From the NCBI GenBank assembly GCA_964504275.1, contig CAZDDV010000001.1, forward strand, positions 20,982-84,981: DNA of 64,000 bases, in the 5' to 3' direction. This DNA is from an uncultured Candidatus Saccharibacteria bacterium. Lineage in GTDB: Bacteria; Patescibacteriota; Saccharimonadia; Saccharimonadales; JAGQNJ01. The translations under genes were made by a program, and so were the position numbers. A model generated the notes under the pieces. It saw only the letters and a program-made list of their open reading frames with translations, was not told the DNA's origin and ran no database searches. Below, in pieces: positions 57,587 to 64,000 of the stretch (position 1 is its first letter; each line of letters opens with the position of its first letter).

Positions 57587-58437
57587 GATGTTTGCTCCTT
57601 TTGAATATATTGTTTGAGGTTTTCTTTCCAGTCGGCAGGTGTAAATCCAGTCGCTTGAATTTTTTCTAAACTGAGGCTACTTTGCAATGGTCTCGGGGCG
57701 ATACCGTCTTTGCCTTTAAAATATTCTGCAGTGGTGGTGTCGGTAACTTGCAGGTCGTAACTTGCTTGCGCAAAAATCTCGCGCGTAATGTCCGCCCAAC
57801 TGGCAGCAATGCCCGAGTTCGATACATTATATGTACCAAAATCTGCCTTTTTTGTAAGCAAGTGATCAATTGCGCGAACCAGTTCGGATGTAAAAGTAAG
57901 TCGGCCAATTTGATCAGCAACCACGGTTGGGTTAATTCCTTTTTTGCCAAGACCAAGCATGGTGCGAACAAAATTATTGCCCTCGCCAATCACCCAACTG
58001 GTGCGCAAAATATAAAACTTTGGAGCCAGCGAAACTAACAAATCTCCGGCAGCTTTACTGGCGCCGTACACACTTAAAGGCGCGAATGCTTCGGTCTCTT
58101 TATGCTCATTTTTTGTTCCATCAAAAACATAGTCGGTCGATATGTGCACTAAAATTGCATCGTGTTGTGCAGCGGCGGCAACTAAATTTCCAACCGCATC
58201 GGCATTTACTTTCCATGCAAGTACGCGGCCTTCGGGTGATTCGGCGCCATCGACATTTGTGTAGGCCGCGGCGTTTAAAATAATGTCGACACTGCTCCAG
58301 TCGTAGCTCGCGACCGATTCTTTATTGGTAATATCGAGCTCATCAATATCAGCCGTCTGTGCATTTGGGTATTTTGCTTTGAGCTCTAAACCAAGTTGTC
58401 CGTTTGCACCTAAAATTAAAATTCGTGACGTATCCAT
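57583..58437 (-). CDS. rfbD: dTDP-4-dehydrorhamnose reductase
   Basis: [33 protein letters not shown]. Confidence 0.95.
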   Translation of the reverse strand: MDTSRILILGANGQLGLELKAKYPNAQTADIDELDITNKESVASYDWSSVDIILNAAAYTNVDGAESPEGRVLAWKVNADAVGNLVAAAAQHDAILVHISTDYVFDGTKNEHKETEAFAPLSVYGASKAAGDLLVSLAPKFYILRTSWVIGEGNNFVRTMLGLGKKGINPTVVADQIGRLTFTSELVRAIDHLLTKKADFGTYNVSNSGIAASWADITREIFAQASYDLQVTDTTTAEYFKGKDGIAPRPLQSSLSLEKIQATGFTPADWKENLKQYIQKEQTS

Positions 58438-58439
58438 TT

Positions 58440-59006
58440 TTATAACTCCAATGCTTCAACATCTTTAAGTAATGGGTTCGCGGCATCTTTGTCGGAAATA
58501 ATCGCGGCATCTTTGCTAATTGGCCAGGTAATACCAAGCGCTTCATCAAAAACATTAATAGCAACATATTTTACTTCTGGCGACCAATGCGCATTTACGA
58601 GGTAGGTGTAGGTAATGTTTTCTTCCAAAGTTTGGTAACCGTTAGCAACGCCGCGCGGCACAAAAACTGCAACGCCAGGATTAATTTCCAGGCTGAGTGT
58701 TTTGCCAAAACTTGGACCTTTGCGCAAGTCTACCCACGCACCAAAAACTGAGCCATTGGCGACAGAAATAAATTTTTCCCAGGGTTCGGCGTGCAGTCCG
58801 CGAATAACACCCTTTTCTTTATTGAACGAAAAATTATTTTGCACGACTTCAAAAGCGGGAAGCCCAAGCGCCTCTAGTTTTTCTTTTTGATAATTTTCTT
58901 TGAACCAACCGCGGTTATCACCATGAACCGGCAAATCAATAATATAAAATCCAGGAATTTCAGTTTCACGTACTTTGAGTTCGTTGTGTGTGGAAGGGTC
59001 AAACAC
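58440..59006 (-). CDS. rfbC: dTDP-4-dehydrorhamnose 3,5-epimerase
   Basis: HGDNRGWFKE, RGLHAEPW, WVDLR, SDKD; GTG start. Confidence 0.95.
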   Translation of the reverse strand: MFDPSTHNELKVRETEIPGFYIIDLPVHGDNRGWFKENYQKEKLEALGLPAFEVVQNNFSFNKEKGVIRGLHAEPWEKFISVANGSVFGAWVDLRKGPSFGKTLSLEINPGVAVFVPRGVANGYQTLEENITYTYLVNAHWSPEVKYVAINVFDEALGITWPISKDAAIISDKDAANPLLKDVEALEL

Positions 59007-59008
59007 GA

Positions 59009-60814
<1,806 letters not shown>

Positions 60815-60835
60815 AATTTTTGTTATGATGGTGCA

Positions 60836-61288
60836 ATGAAGCGAGTGATTTTGAGCGGTTATTTTAATCCTTTGCACGGTGGTCATTTAGATATGATCGA
60901 AGCCGCGCGGTCTGTTGGCGACCATTTGATAATTATTGTGAATAACGACCAACAACAACTTCTAAAGAAAAATAAAATTATTCTGGATGAGAAAAATCGG
61001 CTGCGATTAATGTCGGCGCTCAAAGTTGTCGATGAAGCCTTGCTGGCGCTGGATGGCGATCCGACGGTTATAAAAACATTGCAACACATTGCTGAAAAAT
61101 ATCCACAAGACGAAATTATTTTTGCTAATGGTGGCGATCGTGACGGCAAACGGGTGGTGCCAGAAACTGCTGTTTGTAGTGATTTAGGGATCGAAATGGT
61201 GTTTGGTGTTGGTAGTGACAAAGTTGTAAAGCGCGACAGCTCAACCAGAATTGATCAAGCAATTGGACACGAAGCACGAAATATCTAG
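60836..61288 (+). CDS. Cytidylyltransferase-like (HxGH) protein
   Basis: SGYFNPLHGGH, IVNND, FANGGDR, SST. Confidence 0.85.
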   Translation: MKRVILSGYFNPLHGGHLDMIEAARSVGDHLIIIVNNDQQQLLKKNKIILDEKNRLRLMSALKVVDEALLALDGDPTVIKTLQHIAEKYPQDEIIFANGGDRDGKRVVPETAVCSDLGIEMVFGVGSDKVVKRDSSTRIDQAIGHEARNI

Positions 61289-62361
61289 CTAGTTTTTGCG
61301 ACGAAGAATTTTTTGATGTTGGTTTGAAAAGCCGCTTCGTTAAATGCTTCTGCAGATCTTGATACTTCGCGCACATCAAATTTTGTATGGTCAAATGTTT
61401 GTAATGTTTTAATCAAAGAATTGGCAGTTTGTCTGTCAAAAAACATTCCCGTTTTGCCTGGCATGACGTAATCTAGTGCGCCACCGGCTTTGTAGGCAAT
61501 GACTGGTGTTCCGGCAGCTAGTGCTTCTACTGGCGTAATGCCAAAGTCGTCGTGTGCTGCAAAAATAAAACCGATCGAGTTTTGCATGTAGTGATTTACG
61601 GCCTGGTCGTCAGCGTTATCATCAAACGTGATAGTTGGTCCGGCAATTGCTTGCAGTTTGCGTAGTTCTGGACCGCTCCCAACTACGGTGAGTGGAAGAC
61701 GAAGCTCGTTACACGCCTCTACAATAATTTCGACGTGCTTTGCTGGAACCAATCGCCCAACGGTCACAAAACCACTACGAGATTGCGAGATGTTTTTATT
61801 AAACCTCACGGTATTTACCGGCGGATGAATAGTAATGGCTTCGCGGCTGTAATATTTTATGATGTCGTTACAAATGTGGTTCGAGTTGCCAATAAAATAA
61901 TCAACGCGCTGCGCTGCTTTGTAATCTAATTTGCGAAGTGGCCCGGCCAAAAGTTTCAGGCCAAAACTGCCAAGAAAAAACCCAGGATTTTTTGCGTAGT
62001 CGTCGTAGTGTCGCCACAAATAGTGAACTGGTGTGTGGCAGTAACATATATATGTAGCCGATTTTTTGGGGCGCACAAATTTTGCTTCGCCGTTTCCGGT
62101 GCTGCAAATTACCAAGTCAAAATCTGACAGGTCTAAACTTCTGAACCAAAGAATTCGAAGTAATCCCACGTATTTTCTGAGCGCCGAAAACGGCCAGGAT
62201 TGTAAATATCCGGTTACAACTTTGCCACCGAGTTTTTTTCGCCATGAATCCGAACAATACGATGTGTAGATTGGCGCGTCAGGATAAAGTTTGTGTAGTT
62301 GCTCGACAACTTTTTCGGCGCCACCACCAATTAACCAGTCATGAACAATCGCAACTTTCAT
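61285..62361 (-). CDS. GT4 glycosyltransferase (mannosyltransferase-like)
   Basis: VAIVHDWL.GGGAEKV, YCHTP..YLW, DDFGITPVEALAAGTPVIAY. Confidence 0.9.
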   Translation of the reverse strand: MKVAIVHDWLIGGGAEKVVEQLHKLYPDAPIYTSYCSDSWRKKLGGKVVTGYLQSWPFSALRKYVGLLRILWFRSLDLSDFDLVICSTGNGEAKFVRPKKSATYICYCHTPVHYLWRHYDDYAKNPGFFLGSFGLKLLAGPLRKLDYKAAQRVDYFIGNSNHICNDIIKYYSREAITIHPPVNTVRFNKNISQSRSGFVTVGRLVPAKHVEIIVEACNELRLPLTVVGSGPELRKLQAIAGPTITFDDNADDQAVNHYMQNSIGFIFAAHDDFGITPVEALAAGTPVIAYKAGGALDYVMPGKTGMFFDRQTANSLIKTLQTFDHTKFDVREVSRSAEAFNEAAFQTNIKKFFVAKTS

Positions 62362-63779
62362 TGATCGTTTTGATTAATGACAACTCGCAAAGTTTTTAGC
62401 ATGATGACGATATCAAACCAGAAGCTCCAGTTCTGCACATAAAATACGTCTAGTTTTCGTCGTTCGTCGAAGCTGATATTTTTACGACCCGAGACCTGTG
62501 CCAGCCCAGTCATGCCAGATTTTACACTCAAAATTTTGTGCTTGTTGGTGTAGGCTTCGAGTTCGTTTGGAACAAGCGCGCGCGGTCCAACCAGGCTAAT
62601 ATCACCTTTTATAACGTTAAAAAGTTGCGGCAGTTCATCGAGGCTAGTCCTGCGCATAAATCTTCCAAATCCTGTGAGTCGCGGGTCGTTCGACAAAAAA
62701 TCGCCATTTTTGCGGAACTGCGTTAAGAGCAACGGCTGGTTCATTTTTGCAAAACCTTCCTCCGGAGACATCCCGTTGTAGGCTTTTTTTAGGGTTTGAA
62801 ATTTAAAGACACGAAACTTTTGATTAAAACGTGTAAGCCGCGTTTGGCGGAAAAAAACTCCGCCAGTAAACATGAAATTAAGCAGCGCAATAATAAGGAG
62901 CAGCGGGGAAAGCAAAATGCATAGTAGCGAAGCCACCAAAAGATCAAACAATCGTTTTACGATTCGTCCCCAGCCAATGAGCGCAGTTTGATGGACGGCT
63001 ATCATCGGGATTGATGATTGAAACAATTCGACATCGATATTTCCAATAAACAATTCAGTATTGCCAGGAATAAATCGATACGCCACATGATTGGTTTGGG
63101 CAAAAGTAAGTACCTCGCTATTTTTGGCGGCGTCGGCAAAAAGCTCAGTTTGCATAATGCTGTCAATTTTTTTGGATCGTAATGCCTTGGTGGCTTCGCT
63201 AAAACTCGTAAAATGTCGGATTGATCCATGCTTATGACCAGACACTGTTGCAAGGATTCTATAGCCTGATATTTGTGGTTTTCCCAGCCAATCAATGAGT
63301 TCCACTGACATATCGGTGTTGCCAACAATCAAAACATTACTAACGCCAAAATTGTAGCGGAATAATATCTGTCGAATAAGACGCACGATGTTTCGGCTTA
63401 AAATTAGCAAAATAAAGGTCAGGCCAGCGGCGTAGATCGGCACCATTTTGGCCGGAAAAATCGGGTCGTTCGTAAAGTATTCCACCGCGATAATCGACAA
63501 AACGCCCAGAACCGTGCCAATTGCCAGACGGCTGATTTCGCTAAACCGCTTGTCGTAAACGCTGCGGTTGTACAAACCAAGCAGTGAAAAAATAATAATC
63601 CAAATCGGCACTAAGCTCAGTGTAATCGCAAAATATGTTCGCGCCGGAACAGGGGTGATAATTGGGGTTGCGCTTAGACTCACTCGCAGGACGAACGCGG
63701 CCACAAAAGCCGCCAGCAGTGTAAGGCTGTCGCTCATGATCATGAACAGGCTGTAAAGTAATGAGGCGTTATTTTTCAT
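62358..63779 (-). CDS. WbaP/WcaJ-like polyprenyl-phosphate sugar-1-phosphate transferase (initiating enzyme)
   Basis: 4 N-terminal TM; [58 protein letters not shown]. Confidence 0.93.
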   Translation of the reverse strand: MKNNASLLYSLFMIMSDSLTLLAAFVAAFVLRVSLSATPIITPVPARTYFAITLSLVPIWIIIFSLLGLYNRSVYDKRFSEISRLAIGTVLGVLSIIAVEYFTNDPIFPAKMVPIYAAGLTFILLILSRNIVRLIRQILFRYNFGVSNVLIVGNTDMSVELIDWLGKPQISGYRILATVSGHKHGSIRHFTSFSEATKALRSKKIDSIMQTELFADAAKNSEVLTFAQTNHVAYRFIPGNTELFIGNIDVELFQSSIPMIAVHQTALIGWGRIVKRLFDLLVASLLCILLSPLLLIIALLNFMFTGGVFFRQTRLTRFNQKFRVFKFQTLKKAYNGMSPEEGFAKMNQPLLLTQFRKNGDFLSNDPRLTGFGRFMRRTSLDELPQLFNVIKGDISLVGPRALVPNELEAYTNKHKILSVKSGMTGLAQVSGRKNISFDERRKLDVFYVQNWSFWFDIVIMLKTLRVVINQNDQ

Positions 63780-63868
63780 AAGAATTACTCATTTAACTAT
63801 ATCATTTTACAATGTTTTTAGGGGCGAACTGCTATACTAAATACGAACAAGCTTATGGCGAAACAATC

Positions 63869-64000
63869 ATGACAACACGAAAATCTGAAACAAATCGAAT
63901 TATTGAATACATGATCACCGGCGGTGCGTTTTTTTGGTCTGGCTATATTGTTTTTGCTGTTTTGTATTCGGTGTTTCATGTTGATCTGGTCGTTGCAAAA
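63869..64000 (+). CDS. GtrA-like membrane protein (partial; runs off the window)
   Basis: Manual translation MTTRKSETNRIIEYMITGGAFFWSGYIVFAVLYSVFHVDLVVAK. Confidence 0.55.
   Translation, partial: MTTRKSETNRIIEYMITGGAFFWSGYIVFAVLYSVFHVDLVVAK

Overview
This is a chromosomal replication-origin region. The gene set and order (T4SS-pilin array with PrgI/VirB4, minimal YidC/Jag, dense coding, TGA used as stop) point to a Patescibacteria/CPR genome, most likely Saccharibacteria; that assignment is an inference. From left to right it holds: a conserved membrane-protein gene (partial); two tRNA-Ser genes with a duplicated tRNA 3' end; comF and hsp20; and a ~16 kb type IV secretion-like locus. That locus has six VirB2/TrbC-like pilins transcribed divergently from VirB6-like, PrgI, a VirB4 partner, VirB4, a 1020-aa M23 peptidase, an SGNH + lysozyme-like + NlpC/P60 three-domain enzyme and a PEGA-like protein. 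No relaxase, coupling protein or integrase is present in the window. Next comes recF-dnaN-oriC-dnaA / rpmH-rnpA-yidC-jag, with a recognisable DnaA-trio unwinding element. The last ~38 kb is a surface-glycan locus: rmlBCDA, ugd, a WbaP-like initiator, Wzm/Wzt, Wzx, many GT2/GT4 enzymes, four GT-C-like membrane proteins, two GtrA, three methyltransferases and two CDP-paratose-epimerase-like genes. The leading novelty candidates are the T4SS-linked cell-wall-degrading enzymes (especially the OatA-like esterase/transglycosylase/peptidase fusion), the Cys-looped variable pilins, frequent apparently leaderless genes, and an NDK-like/nucleotidyltransferase fusion in the glycan locus. All calls come from reading motifs by eye; no searches were run.
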